Assembly (NCBI GenBank): GCA_036172245.1
Contig: JAYWIR010000032.1
Span: 186,001-250,000, forward strand
Source of the DNA: Raillietiella orientalis
Taxonomy: Eukaryota
Reading direction: 5' to 3'
DNA length: 64,000 bases
The notes beneath the pieces were generated by a model. It was not told the DNA's origin and made no database searches. It saw only the letters and a list, made by a program, of their open reading frames with translations. Shown piece by piece: positions 12,176 to 24,133 of the stretch. The position numbers and the translations under genes are program-made. Each line of letters starts with the position of its first letter. Within the stretch, counting starts at the first letter, position 1.

Positions 12176-15100
12176 CTAGATCCTATTCAGGATCCGCACA
12201 AGCTGAGTCCTTTCAGCGCCCAAGTGGCGCCACTTGCAGACACTGCGCGCGAAAAGGCGAGTCCAGTGTGAGGCGTTGCCGGTTGGCTGACGCCTTCTTC
12301 TGGTGGCGTTCCAAGCCGCCACTATTCCTCTGATGCAGCAGAGGACTGCTACACTAGCGGGCGGGGACAAGGCGTCACTACAGAAGAGGCGCCTGAAAAC
12401 GTCCTTTGGGCCGCATCCGCGCAAGTCCAGGATCGCCGCGAGACGATCCCACAAAAAGCGGAGGGCGCTACACTCAAGGAGAAGGTGGGGGAATGTTTAT
12501 TTTTCCCCACACCGGTCACAATTGGAATCCACAGCCCCCCGGGTGGTGTTGTGCAGGCGTGCTTTAAATGGTAATCCCCAGAGTATTACAAGCAACGCCA
12601 CATCCGGCCATTTCAGGGGGAGGGATGCACTGTTCCAGGACGCTGGGGGCCACTTCATCTCCTCCGGAGATAGTCCGAGTAGCTCGCCCCAGCGTCGAAT
12701 TCCGTTGGGCGGGACACTCGGCGTCGCAGCGTCAGCTAGCTGCCGAGATATCCACGCCTTTATCGATTGTGTCCTGCCGCCTATAGTGCAGGACACAGTC
12801 CATTTCCCCTGCTCGCTACTGTCCCTGGCATTCACAAGGAAGGGCAGCACTGGGGCGAGGGGGGTTATCAACGCCCACAGAAGCTTGTCGTGGGACTGCA
12901 CGATCTCCTGCAGCGTCCAGCGGGCGTGCCTTTTCATACAAGTGTTTCTTGTGCCCGCCGGAAATTGGATCTTTACCCAGCTGGAGACTGACTCGTGCAA
13001 CCAGGCGGAGTAGTTCCCTGGGAGGCAGGAGATCCAGGCGTTCTCCCGAACCGCAACAAAGATGCGTCGCAGCATAGAGCCACAGTATGGTCTTCTGCAG
13101 ACGCGCGCAGACAGAAACAACAAAAGTCCGCCGAATCCGCAGACTCGTTGGGCCAGGAGGCGTGCTGGAACGCACCAAGGCGTGTCCCACAATTCTATCG
13201 CAAGGGCGAGAGTCCTGAATCGAAGTTGTATTTCGATGCGCTCCAGCGTAAGTAAGCCAAGTCCACCGTCCTTACGTGGAGCGCACAAGTCTTTGAGCCA
13301 CACACGGGACCTCCCTTTGCCCCAAAGAACTGTCCTCAGGAGGCCCGCTGCTCGTTTCCGAATAAAATAAGGAGCGGAGCAAACAAAAAGTAGGGGGCGA
13401 AGGAGGGGAGCCGCAAACGCGTTCCACACCGCGGCCCGTTCCTGCAAGTAGAACTTGCCTTATTGGAACGGACCGATCGCCAACGCTGACTTTTGGAGAC
13501 GGTCGGACCAGGCTTCTGCTGCGCAGAAGTCCCCCAACGGTACGCCGAGGTACTTGAAGCACCTGCCCGTGGGGATCCCCAAGCGGATCCAGTCCGACCG
13601 TCCAGCCCACGCCGAACCGACGAAGACCATGGACGACTTCGCCCTGTTCACCTCCAGGCCCGTCCCGCGGCGCAGCAACTCGAAGAAGACCTCGAGTGCA
13701 CTCGCCGGGGTGGACCCGGGAAGCAGCAGCAGAAGATCGTCTGCATAGGCCGACACGGCAGGCGTGCCGGCACACGAGCTCGGCAGGGTTGCCAGAGTTA
13801 CCCTGTATGCCCTCAGCACCAACTCGAAGTAGATGCTGAAGAGCAAGGGGCTCAGGCTGTCACCCTGCCGGATGCCGCGGCGTACGGGCACGCCGTACAC
13901 GTGCCGGCCGCTAAAACCGATATTGATTGACGCGTTGCGCTAGCAGGAGCGCAGGTAAGATTGAAGCAAGGCAGGGAAACCCATGCGTTCCAGGAGCTCC
14001 AGAAGGAGATCCTGGTCGACGCAGTCGAATGCTTTGTGCAAATCGACCGCGACGGCAAAGGCTCCCGCCGAGTCCATCCCACCCTCTGCCCGATCTTCTT
14101 GGTCAGAGGGGGGCGCGAGGCTCCCTTGACCGTCCTGTGCAACGCGTTGGCGCAACTGCCACCATGAGCTGGCGAGGAGCAGGTTGGCCTCCATGGTTCG
14201 TCCGGGAACAGCATAGGTCTGCTCGGGACTCACCACGGAAGCGGCCACCCGCCCCAAACTCTCAGCCCACAACTTGGCATACAACTTTGCGTCCGCATTC
14301 ACTACTGTGATGGGACGCCAGTTGCCAATGTTGCGTAAGTCTCCTGACTTCGGCAGGAGACGTACTTTAGCTGACCGGAACGAGGCGGGAACTTCGCCGT
14401 GTTCGCGGATCAGCGCACTTAACCTGAGCACCAGGGGGGCCAGCTCTGGCGCGAAGCGATGGTAAAACTCCGCGGGCAGGCCGCCCTCCCCTGGTGCCTT
14501 CCTTCTCTTGAGCCTGTTGATGGCGGAGATGATCTCCGCCATCGTGAACGGTTCCGCCAATCTGGAACGGTCCTCCTCCTTGAGCGCGGGAGCGCCATCC
14601 GGCAGCAGGCGCTGCGCGAAATGGCGCTCAGGTGTTAGTGGCGCGTACAAGGAGGAATAAAACTCCCGCACGATGCGGCTTACCTGGGCTGGGCTGGAGC
14701 GTTCTTGGCCCTGATGATCCAGCAGGCAGGCCGAGCCTGACTGCCAGGCCTGCCTCTCCGCCTCAGCCTTGAATTCAGCCAGACGACGGACGTCGGGACG
14801 CCGGGAATAACGGCGCGCCTGGAGGTACGCCCGCTCGTTCCTGACACCCTCACCGAAGCCCGGCGGAAGACGTTCCAGCGGAAACTGGTCGCAAAACTCA
14901 CGGACTGAGCACTTCATTTCGTCCCAGTCCGCGAGCGTCTGAAGCTGGAATCCTCGCAGGAAACAGCGTAGATGTTCCGCCGCTCCTGCGAGGCGCAACT
15001 AATCCCCTGGCAGGCGCCATGTTTTCAGGGGAGGGCCCTCATTGCGCGGATGTAACTCGAGCACGAGCCGTGGATGGTCGGACAGCTCTGCCGGGAGCGT

Positions 15101-15733
15101 TCCTCGAGTTCCCACCCGCGTGCAAAGGTGGTTGTCGAGGAACATGTGGTCGATGTTCCGATCTCTCCCGGCATCGCCGGCCAACAAGTTGCGCGCATGC
15201 ATGGCTGCGCACAACTCGTTGACCAGCTGTGCTCGTCCGCTGGGCGCACCTGCCAGCAGGCGGAGATTGAAATCGCCCGCAATGAGGTGCGCCCTTCGCA
15301 CGCCTGCTTAGGCCAACCAGTCTCGCCGCAAGGTTTCGAAGAACGCAGTGCGTTCCTCGGCCCTGTGGCTGCTCACCGGAGCGTACAGGTTCGTGACTAC
15401 GAGGTCGATCGAGTCGGACCACTTGAACACAAGCTGCCCAACTCGACCATCCCCGTCGAACCGTGCACTGCGCAGTGAGTTGTCGACGGTTGGCTTTAGC
15501 AGAAAGGCCACTCCGCAGGAGTTGTCCGTCCCGTTCCTCCACAGTAGCCGCCCTCCCGCGATTCTTTCGATTTCCTGGACATCTCCCGGTCGGAGAACGT
15601 GCGTCTCTTGCAGGAGCACCAGGTCGAAATCTCGCAGTATGGCGGCTACATCTCGCCTCTTTCCGTCGTCGCGCAACCCGTTGACATTCCAACAGCTGAT
15701 GCGCAAGCGGCGGCAGAAGGCGAGCCCACGCAC
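12176..15733 (-). pseudogene. Element F ORF2 (EN + RT + C-terminal Zn finger), 1186 codons with five internal point stops
   Basis: Six ORF pieces share one frame, with stops at about 15308, 14999, 13940, 13460 and 12497. EN and RT motifs and CDRC...HLLLEC are present. Confidence 0.93.
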
Positions 15734-15741
15734 TGATGCGT

Positions 15742-17409
15742 TTATTGTGGGGTGGAGGCGGCCTCCTCCCTTGCGGGAGGCGGCTTGTTGGCGGCCGTGA
15801 CGACGGTCGGCTGCTCACACGGGAGCACGTCGTCCACAGCGACTTCCATGGGGCTGGCTTCCGAGACACGGATCGGAGAGGGGTCGCGTGGCGCGACGCA
15901 CATTGCCTCCTCCTCCGTGCCCGAGGACATGGCCTCCTCCACCTGCGGAGGGGCGACCCGTCTCGGGCAACCGGTCTTCTTACCAGCCTTCCTCTTCGGC
16001 ACGGCTGAGGAAGTAGAACAACCGGCTTCGGTTTCGGACTCGGAATTTTCCGGGCCTTTCACCGTTGCCGGTCGTCTCAAGGCCTTCTTCTCGGCCTTGG
16101 CAGGCTGCCGTAACATGGCTGCCAGCTCTTCCGCGGCCTGCGCGAAGGTCGCGTCCGTTATGCGCGCCGCCTCCTCGCTTTCCGCACCGACGCTTTGCGC
16201 AGGCGCGACAGGGGCGGCTTCATCGATCGGCGCGCAGACGTCCTTCGGTGGCAATGCCGGAACGGCATTGTCGTCAGCTGATGGTGACGTCACTGCGGGC
16301 ACGACCGGCTCAGGATCGACGGTATCGATCGCCTTTACCGTTACTTTCTTTACGGCTCTGGCGATCGAGACGCGTTCGATCTTCACCGTACAAGCGCGGA
16401 CGACCGGTTTCTGCTTTTTCGGCGCCGCCTTGTTTATCTTTTTTGCCTCCTTCTTCTGGGGCTTCTTCCTTTCTACCTTTTGCCAACCTTCCTCGTTCTC
16501 GGCGCTTTCTCCAGCTGGTTGTTCGCTGGTGGATGCCTGAGTAGCGGGTTGGTCGGCAGGGCGGGGTTCTGCCAGTTGTTGGCTTCGGTCCTTTTCCTTC
16601 GGCGTCTCTTCCTTCCTCGCGCCTGACGGAACGGACCTTTTTCGGTTGGGGCACATCCGCCTGATGTGCCCCTTCTCCCCACAGCCCAAGCACACGATGT
16701 TGGGGCATTTCTTTTTTAAATGCCCCGACACCTGGCAAAAGCCGCAGTATACGGGTTTCCCCACATACCACAGGTCGATCTCCTCCTCCCCGACCTGCAG
16801 TCTGTGGGGTAGCCCACCCTCGGCACGTACCGTCACACGCGCAGCGGCGTAACCACTAAATGCCCTGGTGTAACCCAGGACATTGGGTTTTGCCCACAAC
16901 GCGTGAACGGTCCCGAACTTCTCTAACGATTCTCGCACGGCGCTCTTTGCCATGCGCATCGTTATGCCGGTCAAATGCACCACGATGGAGTTGTCCGCCG
17001 TGAACGGGAAGATCCTTCTCCCGTTCACGGTCACCGGCAGGCGGAGCAGCTGCTGAGCCATCCCTGCAGATTTGCAGTTCAGCTCAACCAGCTGCCCGCC
17101 ACTCCTAACCGAAAGCCCGAGGACTTCGTCCTCCGGGACTTTCAACTTTTTAAACTCCGCGGCGAACGACCGCAAAACCGCGGGGGAGTACAGGCCACCT
17201 ACCTTGTAAAGTAGGGCCGGGTTGTAGCCGTCGGCCATATAGGCCCGCTGTTCCTCTGCGGGGGGCGGCGCAGGCGCCGCCACCACCGCGCTCCAAGCCC
17301 TCGCCGGGGCGGGGGACGATTCCGTGGGGGAGATGGCCCCCACATCCATGGGCTGGGGGGACGAGGCTCGCGCGCCCCCCTCCGCCGTCTTTGCGGCGTC
17401 CTCGGGCAT
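15742..17409 (-). CDS. Element F ORF1, intact 555-aa gag-like zinc-knuckle protein
   Basis: ATG at 17409 (MPEDAAKT); CGFCQVSGHLKKKC and CLGCGEKGHIRRMC; basic then acidic disordered tail. Confidence 0.9.
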   Translation of the reverse strand: MPEDAAKTAEGGARASSPQPMDVGAISPTESSPAPARAWSAVVAAPAPPPAEEQRAYMADGYNPALLYKVGGLYSPAVLRSFAAEFKKLKVPEDEVLGLSVRSGGQLVELNCKSAGMAQQLLRLPVTVNGRRIFPFTADNSIVVHLTGITMRMAKSAVRESLEKFGTVHALWAKPNVLGYTRAFSGYAAARVTVRAEGGLPHRLQVGEEEIDLWYVGKPVYCGFCQVSGHLKKKCPNIVCLGCGEKGHIRRMCPNRKRSVPSGARKEETPKEKDRSQQLAEPRPADQPATQASTSEQPAGESAENEEGWQKVERKKPQKKEAKKINKAAPKKQKPVVRACTVKIERVSIARAVKKVTVKAIDTVDPEPVVPAVTSPSADDNAVPALPPKDVCAPIDEAAPVAPAQSVGAESEEAARITDATFAQAAEELAAMLRQPAKAEKKALRRPATVKGPENSESETEAGCSTSSAVPKRKAGKKTGCPRRVAPPQVEEAMSSGTEEEAMCVAPRDPSPIRVSEASPMEVAVDDVLPCEQPTVVTAANKPPPAREEAASTPQ

Positions 17410-17500
17410 CTCTGCCCAGGAACAACCGCTCACAGCTGAAAACACCGAAAACACTCGCGAGAAAAACGCGGAGCACCACAAAAGCACGTCCACCCTCTCA

Positions 17501-17512
17501 GGCGGCGGGTTG
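17501..17512. repeat. Middle copy of a triplicated 12-bp target-site duplication
   Basis: GGCGGCGGGTTG at 17501-17512 and 19143-19154; one-mismatch copy at 11910-11921. Confidence 0.9.
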
Positions 17513-19144
17513 TTCACACCCGGATGTGCCGGGGCATTTATTTCATAGAAATAAACTAACAGAAAAATTGTCGCGTGGCGAACCCGAAGGTTCACCACTC
17601 CATAACAGCTTGCTGGTTACCGGCTCCGTGCCGGAGAGGTCCTTCCGATGCGCGGGGATGGGAAATAAAGAAAAACAAAAAGAAACAAAAAGTTCAAATG
17701 TGGGGGGGGAACAAATGTTGTAGGGATGGGAGGGCGGGGAAGGGATCACGGTGCGCGTGGAGAGGTCCTCTAGATCCTATTCAGGATCCGCACAAGCTGA
17801 GTCCTTTCAGCGCCCAAGTGGCGCCACTTGCAGACACTTCGCGCGAAAACGCGAGTCCAGTGTAAGGCGTTGCCGGTTGGCTGACGCCTTCTTCTGGTGG
17901 CGTTCCAAGCCGCCACTATTCCTCTGATGCAGCAGAGGACTGCTACACTAGCGGGCGAGGACAAGGCGTCACTACAGAAGAGGCGCCTGAAAACGTCCTT
18001 TGGGCCGCATCCGCGCAAGTCCAGGATCGCCGCGAGACGATCCCATAAAGGGCGGATGGCACTGCACTCGATGAGAAGGTGGGGGAAGGTCTCTTTTTCC
18101 CCGCACCGGTCACAATAAGGATCCACAGCCCCCCGGGTTGTGTGATGAAGGCGTGCTTTGAATGGAAGTCCCCAGAAAACCACAAGCAACGCCACATCCT
18201 GCCATTTCATGGAAAGGGATGCACTGTTCCAGGACTCTGGGGGCCACTTCATCTCCTCCGGAGATAGTCCGAGTAGCTCGCACCAGCGTCGAATTCCGTT
18301 GGGCGGGAATCTCGGCGTCGCAGCGTCCGCTAGCTGCCGAGATGTCCACGCCTTTATCGATTGTGTCCTGCCGCCAATAGTGCAGGACACGGTCCATTTC
18401 CCCTGCTCGCTACTGTCCCTGACATTCACAAGGAAGGGCAGCACTGAGGCGAGGGGGGTTATCAAGGCCCACAGAAGCTTGTCGTGGGACTGCACGATCT
18501 CCTGCAGCGTCCAGCGGGCGTGCCTTTTCATACAAGTGTTCCTTGTGCCCGCCGGAACGTGGATCTTTACCCAGGTGGAGACTGACTCGTGCAACCAGGC
18601 GGAGTAGTTCCCTGGGTGGCAGGAGATCCAGGCGTTCTCCCGAACCGCAACAAAGATGCGTCGCAGCATAGAGCCACAGTATGGTCTTCTGCAGACGCGC
18701 GCAGACAGAAACGACAAATGTCCGCCGATTCCGCAGGCTCGTTGGGCCAGGAGGCGTGCTGGAACGCACCAAGGCGTGTCCCACAATTCTGCCGCAAGGG
18801 CGAGAGTCCTGAATCGAAGTTGTATTTCGATGCGCTCCAGCGTAAGTAAGCCAAGTCCACCGTCCTTACGTGGAGCGCACAAGTCTTTGAGCCTCACACG
18901 GGACCTCCCTTTGCCCCAAAGGACTGTCCTCAGGAGGCCCGCTGCTCGTTTTCGAAGAAAATAAGGGGCGGGGCAAACAAAAAGTAGGGGGCGAAGGAGG
19001 GGAGCCGCAAACGCGTTCCACACCGCGGCCCGTTCCTGCAAGTAGAACTTGCCTTCTTGGAACGGACCGATCGCCAACGCTGCCTTTTGGAGACGGTCGG
19101 ACCAGGCTTCTGCTGCGCAGAAGTCCCCCAACGGTACGCCGAGG
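17513..19144 (-). mobile_element. Element G: 5'-truncated close relative of F, head-to-tail upstream of F
   Basis: ORF 17770..19131 aligns with the F C-terminus; the 3' UTR is near-identical; truncated at the YLG motif with GG microhomology to the TSD. Confidence 0.95.
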
Positions 19145-20275
19145 CGGCGGGTTGAACAGCTGGCGTGACGTCACATCGCATCGATCCGTCAGCTGAGCGA
19201 GTATCGATCGCCGGCACGCGTTTGATGGCCACGCTTCACGCTTTTCTTGTTGGGCGTGGCGCTTGCGTTGCCTTGCCCTTCAGCACTTTCGCTGGTGCGT
19301 GCGCGGTTTTTTTAATAATCTTTACTTTACGGTTGACCAGCTGCCAGCCTTCCTCGTCGGCAGTCTCTTTCGGGAGCTCTTGTACCGAGTCCCTTTCCTG
19401 CTTCGCGACTTTTGTCGGAGCCGACAGCTCATTTCCTTTTGTGAGGTTCATTGTGATTTTTGGCTTTCTTTCCTTTTTTGCGAAATTTCCGGCGTTGGAG
19501 CGATGTTCATCAGGCACACTACTTTGATTTTGTCCTTCTTTCCGCAGGTGGGGCAAACCGCGTTCGGGCACCTCTTTTTCAGTTGACCGAACGTCTTACA
19601 GTTCCCACAAAATTTGGGCTTCCCCACAAACCCAACGTCGACGAACTCGTCGCCGATTTGTAGTTTATGGTGAAGCTGCACGCTTTCTCGCCGCGTCACG
19701 CGCGCAACCACTCGCTCACTAAATGCACCGTTCACTCCGAAGGTGTTGGGCTTTCTCCACATTGCAAAAACGCTTGCAAATTTTTCAAGCTCAGTACGGA
19801 TGGCGTTTTTATCCATCCGCACTGTTGTCCCGGTAAGGTGAACTACAATGGAGTGGTCCACCGTGTGAGGGAGTAAATTCCTGCCCTCAAATTGTACGGG
19901 CGTGCAGAGCATTTTGTGAGTAAGAGCTGCATCCTTGCAGAGGAGCTCCGTTAACTGCCCTCCGCTGCGTATTGAGAGGCAAAGTATTTCATGGTCGGCA
20001 ATGCCCATCTTTATGATGGCATTGCCTAACTTTCGCGCCCTTAACGGGGAATATCAATTTCTTGGCTTGTACATGAGGGCCGGATTCTTGCCCTTCTGGA
20101 TGTAGGATTGTATTTCGGTGGCGACATTGGTCGTTTCCGCCGCTGTCACCGCGCTCCAGGCTCTCGCCGTAGTGGCGGGGGAAGGTTCAGAAGTAGTAAA
20201 GGGGTGTGATCCCACCTCCTTTGGCTTGGGAGACGCGATCTTCTTACCTCCCTCACATTAAACTGCGTCCACTGT
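19143..20275 (-). mobile_element. Element E, upstream piece (5' end + ORF1 N-terminal half, disrupted)
   Basis: ORF 19448..20008 with CGNCKTFGQLKKRC; close match to element R. Confidence 0.87.
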
Positions 20276-22981
20276 TCATCGCCTCCTAAGGCGCTACTAC
20301 TCGTTTTACGCGGTAGCGACCACGGAACGCAGTCTCCCGGAGCAGCTTTTTCCGACTGCTATCCCTGCTATCGACGAGGAGGAACGCGCCAGATTGGATT
20401 TGCCCTTCACAGCGGAAGAAGTATCTTCCGCCATGTCGAGCCTGAAGTGGCATAAGGCGCCTGGGGAGGATGGCCTGCCCGCAGAGTTGTTTAAGTGCTT
20501 CGCGGCGGAGCTTTTCTCTCTGGTGGTGAGCCTTTCCTTTCTGATTCGGGAGATGGGAGTTGTTCCCGTTTCTTTCCGCTCAGCAAAGGTGCGGTTCCTG
20601 CCGAATGGCGGGGATTTGCTCCACCTCAGCAACTTACGTCCGATCACTTTGGTGAATTCGGACATCAAGTTGTTCGCGAAGGTATTTGTCGCGCGGATGG
20701 CGAAAATTGATGAGTGCTTGGTAAGTCCGGAGCAGACGTACGCTGTTCCGGGACGGACCTTGGATAGGAATCTCTTCTTAGCGCTAACATGGTTCGAGTT
20801 GCAGCAGCGCGTTGCGCAGCAGAGCCAGGCATCCGAAATCGCCGCTGCTAAAGGTAAGAGGCGGTGTTCAAGGCACCATGAAACGCCGGGGGCCTTCGCG
20901 GTCGCCATCGATCTCTGCAAAGCGTTCGACAGCGTAAGCCAGGACCTCCTTTAGGAGCTTCTGGAACGCCTATTTCTCCCGACGCAGCTCATCGCCTACT
21001 TGCGATCCTGCTGGCGCCACGAGTTATGCTGTATCTCTTTTAGCGGGCGCAACGTGTACGAGGTTTCCATACGGCGGGGTATCAGGCAGTGAGACAGCTT
21101 AAGCCCCCTGCTCTTCAGCATCTCCTTTCAGTTGGCCCTTAGGGCTTACAGGCTGACGCTAAGCAAACTGCCGAGCTCCTGTTCGGGAACTCCGGTTGCG
21201 GCCGCCTATACTGACCACCTTCTCCTGCTGCTGCCAATGTCCACCCCGGCGTCCAGGCTGGAAGACTTCTTTAGGCTCATTCGTCGTGGAGCGTGCCTGA
21301 GCGTCAACAGAACGAAATCAACCGTCGTACCGGTTGGCAATGCGAGGGAGGGGCAGTCCGACTGGATCCCCCCGGGGATCCCCACGAGCAGGTGCTTTAA
21401 GTACCTTGGCATTCCCTTGGACGCCTCCTGTCCATTAGAAGCGTGATGGGACTACTTTCACAAAACCGAGACTGCTCTGGGCCCGTTCCAAGGCGGCAGG
21501 TTTCTTTTGTCGGAACGGGCCTACGTGTGGAAAATTTTCGTTGCCCCTCTCCTCCGTCCCCTCTTTTTTGTTTGTTGCCCTTTCTACTCGGCTAAGCGTC
21601 GATCGCAAAGCATGTTGCGAAACGACTTGTGGGGACCGGAAAAGTCTAGGATACGCCTTAAGTACTTGGCGGCTCCTCGGCGGGAAGCAGGATTGGGCAT
21701 ACTGACGCTGGAGCGTATCGGACTGCTAGTGCAGTTCCGCATGCTGGCACTTTGCGCCCAGCTATGGACTACTCCCTGGTGTGTTCGAGCACGGCTGCTC
21801 CTGCGGCGCTGCACGGGTGGCGACGGACTGCGTTCGTTGCACCTTCCCACGGAGTGCGCCCAGAGAGGATTCGGTTTCTTACTGAAGCAGCTCTCCTCAC
21901 TTCTGGGAAAGCATGCTTGGATCTCCTGCCGGTCGAGGAACCTTAACGCATGAAGGCAGGAAGCCTTATCGTCCTGGGCAGCGGAACAGGATGTGTACTG
22001 TTTGGAACTCCGTTGCGTGAACCTTTCCCCATACTGTCCAGTGTGGGACGTGACTGAAGACCAGGACCAGTGGACACGCCTGGCCGCTACGCCCCTCACC
22101 GAAGCACTGTCTGCATTGATGGTGCGAGACGACAGCGACCTGCCCACGAGGTGGGAGGTCTCTTGCGAAATCGCAAACAAAACCCGACTTCTAGGCGGCT
22201 GGAGGACTTGTGAGCTGGCAGACGTTGCCACGCCTCGAATTCGTGCCAAGGGACTTTTCCGGTGGAGCGAACTCCTCCGGGTGCCCACCGAAGGACTTGT
22301 GGTTATTTCTGCGTGCTTGGACGCGACTGTGTTACCACTTCGGTGGAAACAGGACGCTTTTCTGCTGGTGCATTAGGGTCATTTACTGCAATCAGTGCGC
22401 GCACATGGTTTCCGGGGAGCTTCGTTCCCGAACTGTTCGAAATGCGGAGCGATGGAATCGTTTCCGCATTTTCTGTTTGAATATGGTGCCCACGAGGAGC
22501 TGTTGCGGCGCGTGTCTTCAGCGCTCTTTCACCCCACACACCCCAATGGATTGGATGCGCCGCTTCTTGACGCGTGGCGGCCTATCTCTTGGGGCGGTCG
22601 TCGAAATTATCTGCTGCGTCCGCGTCATTGTCAGGGCCCGCCACCTATTGCAGATGCGAGCAGTCCCAACATCGGTCCCTGAAACCGCAGCCTGCAACCT
22701 GCAAATGGCTGCCGGGCTCCCACATCTGGGAGCAGAAGTGAAGACGAAGATCTGCGGCATTCACCGCCTTTTCTGAAAATAGGAACGGATAAAGTGCATA
22801 CCCCTCTCCCCGCCCTCCCACTTAATTTATTTATTTATTGTCCTTCCCCCTCCAGTTCCGAACTCCCAGTGTGCCCGGCCTGCGTTCCGGCAAATCTACT
22901 CCCCATCTTCTGTTCCCCTTGCCTCGAAACACAGTTCCCTGATATATTATAAATAAACGTCTCGGCGCAACCGCGTAAAAA
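20276..22981 (+). mobile_element. Element H: decayed 3' part of family-1 LINE
   Basis: KAPGEDG, DLCKAFD, YTDH (decayed YADD), CSKCG...PHFL; AATAAA 22952-22957 with a degenerate hairpin. Confidence 0.9.
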
Positions 22982-24133
22982 ACGACGACGCTGCATTCTT
23001 CAATTATCGCGCTACCCTGTTCTTTCATTTTTTGTTGGTAGGCGATTTTTTTCTCCAACCTACTCTCGTTTCATTTTTTGACAGTTCCGACTTGCACCCA
23101 GGCAGCTAACCGGTTTCCTCAACTTTTTCGGCGTTGATCGACGGGGTCTCGGGTGCGGCCTATGCCTTGGACGCGAGTGGCACAGCCTTCGCGCCCGCTT
23201 TCGCCGCCAGCCTTTTCTGCAGCAGGTGGGCAGGTTTTTTAAGGTTTCTCTTGGAAACGACGCGCGCACCGGCTTTCGGGCACACCTCCCTCGTGTTACC
23301 CATTGTATTGCATACTTGGCACTGCACGTGTATACACCGCTTTTGGAGGTAGCCCGAGGTATTGCAGAAGCCGCAGTATTTCGGCTTCCCCACATAGCAT
23401 AGGTCGACGGTTTCGCCATCGACCACCAGTTTGTGGGGAAGAGTGCAGCCCTCCCGAATGGTCAAGCGTGCAGCCGTGAAACCGTGCTGCAGCTCCGTGT
23501 AGTCCTCAAAGGGACTAACCTTCGACCACTGCGCGTGGACCGTTCCATATTCTTCCAATGTGGCGCGAACCTGTTGTTTCCGCATCCGCGCGGTGACGCC
23601 CAATAGGTGGATCATTATGCTGCGGTCCCCCGTAAAGGGGAGGAGCCTGCGCGTCTTCATCACCACAGGGGTTTTAAGCAGTCGTTGGGCCTGCTCTGCT
23701 TGTTTGCAGATGACCTCAACGTACTGACCCCCGCTGCGGATGGTCATAGCGCTGAGCTCCTCCTCTTTCACATCGAGAGCGCGCATCCCCTTTGAGAAGG
23801 CGCGCGCGCTCTTTGAAGAATATAGATTGCCTACCTTGTAGAACAATGAGGGTTTATACCCCCTTTCCGCATAGGTCATCAATTCCGCCGCGGCTGCAGG
23901 CGATGGCGCCAACACAACGGCGCTCCACTCTCGCGCTGCAGCGGGGACCGATTCTGTCGGGGCGGATACCTCCACCTCCATCGCCTCTGGGGGCGACGTT
24001 TCCGCCCCCCCCTGGCCATCCCTGGTGGTCGCGTCAGGCATCGCTGCCTGATCGACCATCGAAACACACGACGCTTGCACTGGAATAGACTTCCTGGCAC
24101 GAGGATCACCGAGAAAACACGTCCTCCCTCGAG
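22982..24133 (-). mobile_element. Element J: 5' end + ORF1 (MPDATTRDG subfamily), broken by H
   Basis: 5' end CTCGAGGGAGGACGTGTTTT; ATG at 24041; CGFCNTSGYLQKRC. Confidence 0.9.

Larger units (their letters stand above)
11922..17500 (-). mobile_element. Element F: full-length (~5.58 kb) family-1 LINE with 12-bp TSD
   Basis: Both termini present, ORF1 intact, ORF2 without frameshift; flanked by GGAGGCGGGTTG (11910-11921) and GGCGGCGGGTTG (17501-17512). Confidence 0.96.

Noticed and set aside
12176..15733. Stop-codon recoding, suggested by frameshift-free ORF2s with in-frame stops (A, F)
   Set aside because: TAA, TAG and TGA replace different residues (E, W, S, R) at different positions in different copies, and siblings have sense codons there. 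This is ordinary point decay.
15742..17598. Extended ORF1 calls (618 aa; also 3837..5276 and 23160..24179)
   Set aside because: The upstream extensions run through the 5' UTR into neighbouring elements. The likely starts are 17409, 4901 and 24041.
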